From an uncultured Clostridia bacterium (lineage in GTDB: Bacteria; Acidobacteriota; Aminicenantia; UBA2199), in contig CAZTNO010000001.1 in assembly GCA_964614865.1 (NCBI GenBank), forward strand, positions 1 through 44,638: a stretch of DNA of 44,638 bases, in the 5' to 3' direction. The notes below the pieces were generated by a model. That model ran no database searches. It was given only the letters and a program-made list of their open reading frames with translations, and was not told the DNA's origin. Below are positions 26,874 to 35,846 of the stretch, piece by piece. The position numbers and the translations under genes were made by a program. How positions within the stretch are numbered: the stretch's first letter is position 1; every line of letters starts with the position of its first letter.

Positions 26874-28220
26874 ATGCGACGAATTATCCTGTTACTCTTG
26901 GTTCCATGGGCGATCACCCCGTTGTTTTTCTGCGATGGGGCAAAGCGGCAAGTTACCCAGGAAAAACCGGTCGTTGTCCTTTTGGCCCTGGATGGAGCCG
27001 ACTGGGCGCTGATCGATCCGTTGATCGCGCAAGGAAAGCTCCCACTTTTCAAGGAACTCAAACAAACGGGCGCGTGGGGGGCCCTGCGCACGGCCACTCC
27101 GGCAAAAAGCCCCGTCATCTGGACCACCATTGCCACCGGTAAAGTTCCTGGCAAACACGGGGTCGAGGATTTTCGGGCCACCCGGATCAATTCCCGGGGC
27201 AAGCATCCGCTGAGCAGCAGTCTCGATATCCGCGAGCCGATGCTGTGGGAGATGCTTGAAAGCCAGGGGCGACGGAGCGTGCTGGTCAATTGGTATCTGA
27301 GTTTTCCTCCCCAGCCGCTACGCGGGGTGAACGTGTCCGACTACTTCGCATTTAGTGCGCTCGGGGGCGGCAATCTGGGGGGAGGGGCGCTGGACCGGAC
27401 CGTCTTTCCCGGGGGGATAGCCGAAAAAATCGCCCGGGGGCTGGATCGGGACTATCTCCGCGTGCTCCGGCGAATGAACTTGCCCGATTACCCCGCCCTC
27501 TATGAAAAACAGCATCCCGGTGGCCGTTTCACCGATTTTCCGGTGTTCAAAGAGTGGCCCGGTTTCGTGTTGGAGGAAGGGGTGGTGATCGACGTGGCCC
27601 ACCGGTTGGTCCGCAGTGAGGAGTTCGACCTGTTTGCGGTCTACCTGGAACTGGCCGACAAGGTACAGCACTTTGCCTACATGTCTTTTGTCGACGCAGA
27701 TTTCCAGCAAACCCTGCTGCGGGAGTCGAGGGATGGCCGGGTGCCAGAGGCGCTCGAGGCCGAGGCTTACCGGCGCATCGCCGACATCCTGTGTCCGGTG
27801 TACCAGAACCTGGAAAGGATCCTGCGTAGCTATCTGGAGTGCGAAAAGTATCGCCACGCGACTTTCTTCATCGTGTCCGACCATGGCTTCTCGCTGATCG
27901 TGCGGGAAAACGCGGTCATTTACAACCACATCGGTCAGGACAAGGCTCCCGACGGTATCCTGATCGTCCGGGGGCCCCAGGTCAAGCCAGGCAAGATTCT
28001 CCGCGCAACCATCCGCGACATCGCTCCATCCATCCTGTACGTGCTCGGCTTGCCTCAGGACCTCGGTGCAGATGGTCACCCCCTGCGCCGGGTGTTCTCC
28101 ATGCGGGGGAATAACCGCTCTATCACCTACCACAAACGGGATCTGCGGAAGCAGGGCGACAACCACCCGGTCGACGAGAAAAAACTTCAGGAGTTGCGGG
28201 CCCTGGGTTACATCAATTGA
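26874..28220 (+). CDS. Alkaline phosphatase superfamily protein (type I phosphodiesterase / nucleotide pyrophosphatase-like)
   Basis: LALDGADW metal-binding Asp. PAKSPVIWTTIATGKVPGKHGV aligns with the NPP nucleophile block PTKTFPNHxxxxTGxxPxxHG. VSDHGF is present, as is an N-terminal signal or anchor. Confidence 0.8.
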   Translation: MRRIILLLLVPWAITPLFFCDGAKRQVTQEKPVVVLLALDGADWALIDPLIAQGKLPLFKELKQTGAWGALRTATPAKSPVIWTTIATGKVPGKHGVEDFRATRINSRGKHPLSSSLDIREPMLWEMLESQGRRSVLVNWYLSFPPQPLRGVNVSDYFAFSALGGGNLGGGALDRTVFPGGIAEKIARGLDRDYLRVLRRMNLPDYPALYEKQHPGGRFTDFPVFKEWPGFVLEEGVVIDVAHRLVRSEEFDLFAVYLELADKVQHFAYMSFVDADFQQTLLRESRDGRVPEALEAEAYRRIADILCPVYQNLERILRSYLECEKYRHATFFIVSDHGFSLIVRENAVIYNHIGQDKAPDGILIVRGPQVKPGKILRATIRDIAPSILYVLGLPQDLGADGHPLRRVFSMRGNNRSITYHKRDLRKQGDNHPVDEKKLQELRALGYIN

Positions 28221-28295
28221 CGGGGGGGGTGCGGGACGCCGGCAGCCGGATCAGCAGTAGCAGGGCCAGCGCCGCAAAGCAGAAGGGCTGTCACC

Positions 28296-31200
28296 TCAGG
28301 GGTGGGTCTCCTTTTCGGGTTCGGGAAAGGTGATCTCCAGCCCGGGCGGCGGCAAGGTTCCCTTTTCCACCACCTTGTCACGCTGGAAAATGGCCCAGGT
28401 GGGCAGGGGCTGGTGGCGCTGGGTCATGAAGTGGAGTTGCAGGGCGCTGTTGGCCAGCAGTAGGTAGACCACCCGCTGCGGATGGTAGGGGCTTGGCAGG
28501 GCGAGTGCCAGGCCGTCCTGGTCGCCGGCGTAGGTTTTGCCCTGCCAGCGGAAAACGTTGCGCTGCCAGGAAATGCCCAGCCGGTCGAGGGTGGCGGCGG
28601 TGAGCTGGTTGTCGGCGGGGCCGCCGAGCAGGATCAGGTCGTGTTGTTCCAGCTCCGGCAGGGTCATCTCACTGTCCTTGGCGATCGGCACCAGGGTCTC
28701 GGTGAAGGTGTCGGCGAGCACGGTGCGGTAGTTCAGGGCCAGGGTGTGGTTGGCCTCGATCTGGCGGCTCGTGCCGTAGACGATCCGCAGCTTTTTGAAA
28801 TCGTCGAACAGGTTGTTCCACTGGAAGTGCTCACGCCGGGCCAGGGGGAAATCCATGCCGTGGTTGAGGGTGATGGCCTGCGGCCGGCGGTCGAATACCA
28901 ACTGCTGGCGGTTTTCGCCCGGACCGAGGGTCAGCGGGGAGAGGGTGGTCCCCTTCTCGTCCAGCACCGCCACGGTGGTGGTGAGCAGGTAGGGGGTCTG
29001 CTGCTCGACGACCAAGTCGATCACCCAGCGATTGTCCCGGGGCAGGCAGTGGGCGGAGAACTTAAGGTCGGGCAGGTCGTCGCGTTCCAGCCAGGGGATG
29101 ATCCGCGGCCGGAGCGATTGGCCCGAAGTCCGCTCGAAAGAGGCGATCAACTGGTCGTTGGTCACCGGTTTGCCGGCAAAGCTCCGGTGCGCTTCGGCCA
29201 TAACCTTGGCAAAGAGGGAATTGCCCAGAAAGAGTCGCAACTGGTGGAGCAGGAAGGTGCCGCGGATGCGCGGAAGCTGGTAAGAGCCGTAGCGGTCGTA
29301 GCGACGGCTGGCCTCGATCGGCTTCACCGGGCCTTCGCGGCTCGCCAGGTAGAGCATGCGGTTGGTCTGTTCGTTCCAGGTTTCGGTCAGCGAGGGGAGG
29401 GCCGCCGTTCCCGCGGGCAGGTTGTTCAATATGTTCCAGTAGGCGGCGGTGGCCGAGACAAACCAGTTTTCCCGGTCGGAGGCGGGATAGACCGTGTTTT
29501 GCCAGAGGGCTCGCCGGTCGAAGCGGAAGAAATCGGCGCAGGTCGAGGTGTCGGGGGGTGGGGCCGGCTTGCGGGTTTCCTCGGTGGCTGCTTTGAGCGC
29601 CTTGAGCTTGGCGGTGATGAACTGCGGGCTGAAAACGGTGTAGCCCAGGGTCAGGTGGGGGGTGGCGTCGGGGTGATCGGGTATCAGGCGGCCGCTCCGG
29701 CCGGGAAATTTCTCGCGCAGGGTCACCTTGCCGAAGTGGGCCATGAACACCATCTTCCGTGCCATCTCCGAGGTGGTGATCTTGCCGTCGCAGGCGTGCG
29801 GCCGGTTGATCGGCGAGGAGGCCCAGAGCTCGGCGGCGTTGTCGGTGTCGATGCGGCCGCGAAACTGGCGGTAGTACTCGAAGAAAGCCAGGTCGCGGTT
29901 GGACGGGCTGAAGGTCAGATCGAAGGGGGCGTTGAGCGGGCTGGTGGCGTACTCTTTGCGCACTTCGGCGTCCTTGGCATTGTTGACGCTCCACAGGAAC
30001 CCGTCGGTGCCGCCGGGGAAATCGTTGTTTTTGCTGCGCCACAGCTTGTGTTTTTTCGTGCCCAGCAGCAGGATGGCGATCTCGTCGGTCTTGGCATCGC
30101 CGATCAGCCAGTCGTTGGTGTAGAGGCCGTTGTTCTGTTCGGTGAGGATGCGGGTGACCTCGTCGATCGAGGATGCGTACTGAGCTGCCCGGCGGATTCG
30201 GTTGGCCTGGGGGGTGCCGCTGGAATCGAAGCCGGTCTGCATTACCGTGGTTTCGCCGATCATGATGCCTGCGTCGTTCTGGTAGAAATCCGAACCCGAG
30301 TGGATGCCGCCCGGGAAGGTCTGGTAGACCAGCCGGTGGCCCCGGTCGGGCTCGACATCGCAGATCACTTTCCAATCCACCCCGGTATAGCCGCCCCACA
30401 TGAAGATCTGGCCCATGACGATCTCTCCCGAGCGGGTGGCCTTGCCGGTGGCCAAAAAACCGGAGCACTTGTGCAGACGGTCGGGCACCTTCAGGTCGTC
30501 TTCGGCTTTGAAGAAGTTCTGTCCGCTCAGGGCATGGGGGGTGCGGGGCAGGGCCGAGGCCACGTAGTCCACGTCGATGCCGGCGTTCAGGGTGACGATG
30601 TCGAGCAGGTCGACCGGGCCGCTCTTGCAGCGGGGAGCCTGGTTGCGGCGGGTCACCCCGTCGGCGATGCCGCGCATCTCTTCCAGGTACTCGGGGTCGA
30701 ACAGCCGCAGCATCAGGGCGTCGGCCAGGACGCGGCGGTTCTGCCAGCCATCGCCAGGCTTGTCTCCGTTGTGCTGGAAGGCGATCTTGTCGATGAAGGC
30801 GACGATCTCCTCGGCCATCAGAGACCCGTACTGGACTCCCCGGTCATAGGGTTTGCCCTCGATGTGGACGAAGGTCCAGCCCTGATCGGCGAAGCGAAAG
30901 GCGGGGCCGTGCCAGCGGACCGTTTCTGCCGGAATGAGGGCGGTGATGTCCTCGACCTCCTCCAGGGCGATGTCGTCGAACCAGACGGAGCCCCGGGCGG
31001 GGCCGTTCAGCCCCAGGTGGAGCTGCACCCGGTCCCGGGCGGTGGTGGCGATGAACAGGGTTTCGACCCGTTTCCAGTCGGTGTCGGCTCCGCATGACGG
31101 GGCGTGGTTGGTGAAGGGGAAGGACTGCATGGTCAGGGTGGCGGAAACCGGCGTCGGATAGCGGTCGATCTCGCGGGTTTCGGCGCCCGCGGTGCGGACC

Positions 31201-31493
31201 CAGCCGCTCAGGCGGTAGAGCCGCCCCACCTCCAGCGAGACCTCGGCAGAAGCCACCGTCGAACTCGTCCATTCGCGGTGCTCGATGGCCAGGCTGGCCT
31301 GGCCGCTGTGGGCCCGGGGGGCGAGCCCCACCTGGCCGGAGCGGTCGCCGGCGACCTGCCATGCCGCGGGCAGGGGGCCACTCCCGGGCGTTTCGAACCC
31401 GGCGTTGGCCAGGGGGAGAATACGATCCGCAGCGGGGGCGAGCGAGAAAAACACGAAGCCGGACAGGCCAAGCAGCAGGAGGATTTGCTTCAT
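28296..31493 (-). CDS. Large secreted multidomain protein: N-terminal CBM4/9-like module, central Ntn-hydrolase (phospholipase-B-like / peptidase C45-like) domain, C-terminal M1-peptidase-like region without HEXXH
   Basis: Start MKQILLLLGLSGFVFFSLAPA (signal peptide) at 31493. LANAGFE...VWFDDIALEEV resembles a CBM. LHKCSGFLATG...GQIFMW and NGLYTNDWLIGD resemble PLB-like Ntn hydrolases. GTFLLHQLRLFLGNSLFAKVMAEAHRSFAGKPVTNDQLIASFERTSG resembles the post-catalytic part of M1 peptidases. Upstream of 31493 the 1555-aa ORF is antisense to the CDF gene. Confidence 0.6.
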   Translation of the reverse strand: MKQILLLLGLSGFVFFSLAPAADRILPLANAGFETPGSGPLPAAWQVAGDRSGQVGLAPRAHSGQASLAIEHREWTSSTVASAEVSLEVGRLYRLSGWVRTAGAETREIDRYPTPVSATLTMQSFPFTNHAPSCGADTDWKRVETLFIATTARDRVQLHLGLNGPARGSVWFDDIALEEVEDITALIPAETVRWHGPAFRFADQGWTFVHIEGKPYDRGVQYGSLMAEEIVAFIDKIAFQHNGDKPGDGWQNRRVLADALMLRLFDPEYLEEMRGIADGVTRRNQAPRCKSGPVDLLDIVTLNAGIDVDYVASALPRTPHALSGQNFFKAEDDLKVPDRLHKCSGFLATGKATRSGEIVMGQIFMWGGYTGVDWKVICDVEPDRGHRLVYQTFPGGIHSGSDFYQNDAGIMIGETTVMQTGFDSSGTPQANRIRRAAQYASSIDEVTRILTEQNNGLYTNDWLIGDAKTDEIAILLLGTKKHKLWRSKNNDFPGGTDGFLWSVNNAKDAEVRKEYATSPLNAPFDLTFSPSNRDLAFFEYYRQFRGRIDTDNAAELWASSPINRPHACDGKITTSEMARKMVFMAHFGKVTLREKFPGRSGRLIPDHPDATPHLTLGYTVFSPQFITAKLKALKAATEETRKPAPPPDTSTCADFFRFDRRALWQNTVYPASDRENWFVSATAAYWNILNNLPAGTAALPSLTETWNEQTNRMLYLASREGPVKPIEASRRYDRYGSYQLPRIRGTFLLHQLRLFLGNSLFAKVMAEAHRSFAGKPVTNDQLIASFERTSGQSLRPRIIPWLERDDLPDLKFSAHCLPRDNRWVIDLVVEQQTPYLLTTTVAVLDEKGTTLSPLTLGPGENRQQLVFDRRPQAITLNHGMDFPLARREHFQWNNLFDDFKKLRIVYGTSRQIEANHTLALNYRTVLADTFTETLVPIAKDSEMTLPELEQHDLILLGGPADNQLTAATLDRLGISWQRNVFRWQGKTYAGDQDGLALALPSPYHPQRVVYLLLANSALQLHFMTQRHQPLPTWAIFQRDKVVEKGTLPPPGLEITFPEPEKETHP

Positions 31494-31657
31494 TTTCAAC
31501 AGACTCCTTGTCGGACAGCCATCATCCGGTTGATACGCCCAAAAGGCGGGAAAGTTCCGGGTGTTTTGCTCGGGAGGGATCCGTTCCGCAAATCTTCCTT
31601 CGTGGTACAATAGCCGGCGAGATGCCCGCCCCGACGGGCGATCGAGGAGAGCCGCCG

Positions 31658-32816
31658 ATGGCCAAGACAGCGACCGTGCCCCGCAAAGCCGACGAACAGG
31701 AAAGGTTGGACACCGGGCGCCGGGCGGGGGGGGGTCGGCGTTGCCGTCAACCTTTTGCTGGGCGGCGGCAAGCTCGTTGCCGGGCTGCTCATCGACAGCC
31801 TGGCGGTGATTGCCGACGGGGTCAACAACCTGACCGATTCCTTCTCCTCGCTGATCACCCTGGTCAGCTTTCGTTGGGCGGGAAAACCGGCCGACCGGGA
31901 GCACCCTTTCGGCCACGGCCGGGTCGAGTACATCGCCGCCCTGACCCTGGCCTTCCTGGTGATGGCGGTGGGGGTGCAGTTCGTCAAGAGTTCCTTTTTG
32001 CGGATCCTCAGCCCGGTCGCGATCCCCTTTTCGCCCTGGGTGCTGGGGTTGATGGGGGGCTCGATCGTGGTCAAGGTCGGCCTGGGGCTCTACTACACTG
32101 CCGCGGCCCGGCGGATCGGCTCGGGCACCCTGCGCGCAGCCGCCCTCGACTCGTTCAGCGACGTGGCGGTCACGGCCAGTATTGCCTTGAGCCTGCTGCT
32201 GCCGCGCTTCACCCGCTTTCCAGCAGATGGCTATATCGGCATGGTGGTCGCCGGCCTGATCCTCTACTCGGGGTTTCGCATCGTCCGCGAGACGATGGCC
32301 CCGCTGCTCGGTACCACCCCCGACCCCGAGCTGGTCCGCGAGATCCGCCAGACGATCCTCTCCCATCCTCCGATCCAGGGGGTCCACGACCTGATCGTCC
32401 ACTCCTACGGGCCGGGGAGGTGTTTCGCTTCGGCCCACGCCGAGGTCCCTGCCGGCCTTCCCGCCAGCGAGTTGCACGAGGCCATCGATCATGTGGAACG
32501 GGAGCTGGAAGAGTTGTTTCAGGTGGACATCGTGTTGCACATGGACCCGGTGAATCCCGACTCGGTGGAACTGGTCGCCGCCCGCGAGGAGCTGGCTGCC
32601 ATTTTGCAGCATTTCCCGGGGGTGGAATCGACTCACGATGTGCGCATCGCCGGACACGGCGAAGAACAGAAACTGCTGTTCGACATCGTCCTGACCTCCG
32701 ATTGCGTGCTGGACCGGGCGGGGCAGGAACAACTCATCGGCGAGATCGACCGGCAGCTCCGGCTCCGCCACCCCTCCCGCTCCACCCTGATCACCGTGGA
32801 TCGCAATATGGCCTGA
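31658..32816 (+). CDS. Cation diffusion facilitator (CDF) transporter, interrupted as assembled by a +1 frameshift in a G9 tract (31726-31734); the uninterrupted part is 31755-32816
   Basis: LLIDSLAVIADGVNNLTDS...REHPFGHGRVEYIAAL is the CDF signature. ATG 31658 has GAGGAG upstream and encodes MAKTATVPRKADEQERLDTGRRAGG. Deleting one G joins this to VGVAVNLLLGGGKLVAGLLIDS, which forms TM1. Confidence 0.75.
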
Positions 32817-32840
32817 TTCCGGCCGGGCCCCGAGTGCTCC

Positions 32841-32869
32841 TTGACGAATTCGCAGGCTTGTCCAATAAT
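32841..32869 (+). promoter_or_regulatory. Sigma70-type promoter candidate for the GNAT-corA pair
   Basis: TTGACG (32841-32846), 17 nt spacer, AATAAT (32864-32869). Confidence 0.4.
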
Positions 32870-32898
32870 GAGGAAGAAATGAGAATCGGGGAGGAACC

Positions 32899-33387
32899 AT
32901 GACCTTTCGCGACCAGGTGAGGGCGAGCGACCCCGCGGTTGTTGGCCAGATCGTCGAATCCACCGGCTTTTTCCACGACTACGAGGTCGCCGTGGCGGTC
33001 GAACTGGTCGAGGAGCGGCTGGCCAAAGGCGAGGCGAGCGGCTACCACTTCCTGTTTGCCGAACGGGACGGCCACCCACTCGGCTACACCTGCTACGGCC
33101 CCATCGCCTGCACCTCGGGCAGCTACGACTTCTACTGGATCGCGGTGCACCGGGACGCCCGCGGTACCGGCATCGGCAAAAAACTGATCGGCAAAACCGA
33201 AGAGGCGATCTGGCGGCAAGGGGGGCGGGCGATCTGGGTGGAGACCTCCTCCTCGGACCACTACCTGCCGACCCGCTCTTTCTACCTGGCCTCCGGCTAT
33301 GCCGAGGCGGCCCGCCTGGCAGACTTCTACGCCCCCGGCGATGACAAGGTGATCTACGTCAAGGTGCGTGGCACGGTGAAAGGATGA
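32899..33387 (+). CDS. GNAT-family N-acetyltransferase
   Basis: Acetyl-CoA motif A: IAVHRDARGTGIGKKLI (R-x-x-G-x-G). About 160 aa. GGAGG Shine-Dalgarno. Confidence 0.8.
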   Translation: MTFRDQVRASDPAVVGQIVESTGFFHDYEVAVAVELVEERLAKGEASGYHFLFAERDGHPLGYTCYGPIACTSGSYDFYWIAVHRDARGTGIGKKLIGKTEEAIWRQGGRAIWVETSSSDHYLPTRSFYLASGYAEAARLADFYAPGDDKVIYVKVRGTVKG

Positions 33388-34448
33388 GCCGTCGTCACCA
33401 CCGTTCCCACAAGCGGGGGCAATCGCCGGGCTCGCTGATCTACGTCGGGCGGGACGATGCGCGCCCCCCCGAAGTGACGGTGACCGACTACCACGAGGAG
33501 GCGTTTGCCGTGCATCGCCTCGCCAAAGCCGGCGCCCTCTTCGCCCTGGCCGAAACCCCCGGGATCCGCTGGATCGACATCGAGGGGATCGGCGACGCCA
33601 AGTTCCTCGAGAAACTCGGCCAGCGGTACGCCATCCACCCGCTGGTGCTCGAGGACATCCTGACCACCGAACAGCGCCCCAAGATCGACGATCTGGAGAA
33701 GTACCTCTACGTGGTGGTCAAGATGGTCCGCCCCGACAAGGGGGGGGGACGGCCGCTGAGTGAACAGCTGAGCCTGATCCTGGGCGAACAGCAGGTCATC
33801 TCGATCCAGGAAGGGGTGGCGGGCGACCCGTTCGGCGCGGTGCGCAAACGGATCGAGGGGGGGCGGGGGCGGATCCGCCAGATGGGGTCCGACTACCTGC
33901 TCTACGCCCTGCTCGACAGCATCGTCGACGACTACTTCGAAGTGCTGGAGGGGCTTGGCGAGGAGATCGAGGCGCTCGAAGACGAGATCGTCGCCGGACC
34001 CGGCCCCGAGGCCGTGCAGCGGATCCACCGGTTGAAGCGCGACCTGATCCACCTGCGCCGGGTGGTCTGGCCGTTGCGCGAAGTCCTGTCCCGACTGGAG
34101 CGGCGCGAATCGCTGCTGATCTCTTCGGAAACGCAGATCTTTTTCCGCGACGTCTACGACCACGTGATCCAGATCATGGACGGCATCGAATCGGGCCGGG
34201 AGATGCTCTCCTCGCTTCTCGACATCTACCTGTCGTCGATCAGCAACCGCATGAATCAGGTGATGAAGGTGCTGACGGTGATCTCCACCATCTTCATCCC
34301 GCTGACCTTCCTGGCCGGGATTTACGGCATGAACTTCGACTTCTTTCCCGAGCTGCATTGGCGCTGGGGCTACCCGGCCCTCTGGGGGGTGATGGCCGTG
34401 CTGGCCGGCGGCATGCTGTTCCTCTTCCGGCGCAAGAAGTGGTTCTGA
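33384..34448 (+). CDS. corA: Magnesium/cobalt transporter CorA
   Basis: YGMNF (GMN) motif between two C-terminal TM helices. Length and architecture are typical. ATGA overlap with the GNAT gene. Confidence 0.9.
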   Translation: MSRRHHRSHKRGQSPGSLIYVGRDDARPPEVTVTDYHEEAFAVHRLAKAGALFALAETPGIRWIDIEGIGDAKFLEKLGQRYAIHPLVLEDILTTEQRPKIDDLEKYLYVVVKMVRPDKGGGRPLSEQLSLILGEQQVISIQEGVAGDPFGAVRKRIEGGRGRIRQMGSDYLLYALLDSIVDDYFEVLEGLGEEIEALEDEIVAGPGPEAVQRIHRLKRDLIHLRRVVWPLREVLSRLERRESLLISSETQIFFRDVYDHVIQIMDGIESGREMLSSLLDIYLSSISNRMNQVMKVLTVISTIFIPLTFLAGIYGMNFDFFPELHWRWGYPALWGVMAVLAGGMLFLFRRKKWF

Positions 34449-34464
34449 CCGGGGCGGTATCTCG

Positions 34465-35826
34465 TCAGGGAAACAATTCCCGGTGCAAAGCGGCAAGCGC
34501 CCGGTTCGCATCGCCATCTGCCACCAGAAAGTAAGTGGCGACGTTCGAAGCGCCCGAGACGATCATCTCGACGTTCACCCCGGCCTGCGACACGGCCGAA
34601 AAGATCCGTCCCGCCGCTCCCCGCAGCGAGGGCATCCCCTCGCCGACCACTGCCAGCAGGCTCAGGTCTCTCCGGGCCGAGATCCGCTCGAGGCGTTGCT
34701 CCACGATTTTTTCCAGGGCGGCGAGGCCTTTTTTTGTGTCGTCCCGGGCCACCAGCAAGTTGATACTGGTCTGCGACGTCAGCACCGAGTGGATGTTGAC
34801 CCCGGCGGCGGCCAAAGCATCGCCGATGCGGCCGATCACCCCGGGGCGGATGCCGACCGCCGGCCCTTCGACCCGCAGCACGGCGATCTCCGCGTCGATG
34901 GTGACCCCCTTGATGCCGGGTTCCCCGGAACTCTTTCCCGGTTCGACCCGGGTGCCGGCGTGGTCGGGATCGTCGATGGGACGCAGCCGCACCCGGACCC
35001 CCAGGCCGGCCAGGGGCTCCAGGGTACGCGGGTGCAGGATGGCGGCCCCGAAGTAGGCGAGCTCGGCCGCCTCGGCAAACGAGAGGCGGGGCAGGGGGCG
35101 GGCGCCGGCGATTCTTTTCGGATCGGCGGAGGCGAACCCGGCCACGTCCTTCCAGATCTCCAGTTCACTGGCCCCGAGCAGCACGGCCAGTACCGCCGCG
35201 CTGTAGTCCGAGCCGTTGCGGCCGAAGGTGGCCACCCGCCCTTCGGGAGTGGCCCCGAAGAAACCGGTGAACACCGGGATCTTCCCTTGCCGCCGGCACG
35301 ACTGCCAGGCCGCTCGAGCCCGGCGCCGGCTGGCCGGCAGGTCGACTCCGGCATCCTCCCGGGTATCGTCCCGGGTCACCAGCACGCGGTCGGTGTCCAC
35401 CGCGAGGGCGGCGAGCCCCCCCTCCTCCAGGGCGGCCGCCATCAGCCTTGCTGACCAGCGTTCGCCGATGCTGACGACCATCGCCCGCAACCCGGAGGTG
35501 ATCTCTTCGCCCAAAGTGACCGCCAGCAGCGCCCGTTCCAGCCTTTGTCCCAGCGCCCGGATCGACCGTTCGAGCCGGGCCAGTAACCCGGGCTGGCCGG
35601 TGATTTGCCTGGCCAATTCCAGGTGTTTTGCGGTCAAATCGGCTGCCCGGTCGGCTGTCACCTGCGGTTTCTGGTGGGCAGCTTCTTTTGCCGCTTCGAG
35701 CAGCTGATCGGTGACCCCGGGCAAAGCCGACACCACCAGCGCCGGGGAAAGGGGTTCCTTGCCGACGATGGTGGCGATGCGTCGCATCGCGGGGCCGCCT
35801 GCCAGGCAACTGCCGCCGAATTTCAT
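34465..35826 (-). CDS. Aspartate kinase (monofunctional, C-terminal ACT domains)
   Basis: Start MKFGGSCLAG (KFGG motif) at 35826. SALPGVTDQLL is present, and the C-terminal ACT-like region includes LLAVVGEGM. The listed ORF start at 36198 lies inside asd. Confidence 0.85.
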   Translation of the reverse strand: MKFGGSCLAGGPAMRRIATIVGKEPLSPALVVSALPGVTDQLLEAAKEAAHQKPQVTADRAADLTAKHLELARQITGQPGLLARLERSIRALGQRLERALLAVTLGEEITSGLRAMVVSIGERWSARLMAAALEEGGLAALAVDTDRVLVTRDDTREDAGVDLPASRRRARAAWQSCRRQGKIPVFTGFFGATPEGRVATFGRNGSDYSAAVLAVLLGASELEIWKDVAGFASADPKRIAGARPLPRLSFAEAAELAYFGAAILHPRTLEPLAGLGVRVRLRPIDDPDHAGTRVEPGKSSGEPGIKGVTIDAEIAVLRVEGPAVGIRPGVIGRIGDALAAAGVNIHSVLTSQTSINLLVARDDTKKGLAALEKIVEQRLERISARRDLSLLAVVGEGMPSLRGAAGRIFSAVSQAGVNVEMIVSGASNVATYFLVADGDANRALAALHRELFP

Positions 35827-35846
35827 GACCTTGCCGGCGGGGGCGT

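Noticed and set aside
28482-31097. An 871-aa plus-strand ORF
   Set aside because: It is antisense to the large secreted hydrolase gene. Its composition is G/V/A/D/E/Q-rich shadow sequence with no recognisable domains.
31494-32963. The N-terminal 490 residues of the listed 1555-aa minus-strand ORF (28296-32963)
   Set aside because: This part is antisense to the clearly recognisable CDF transporter gene and has an Arg/Gly/Pro/Ala-rich shadow-frame composition. A signal-peptide Met (MKQILLLL) at 31493 gives a sensible secreted protein.
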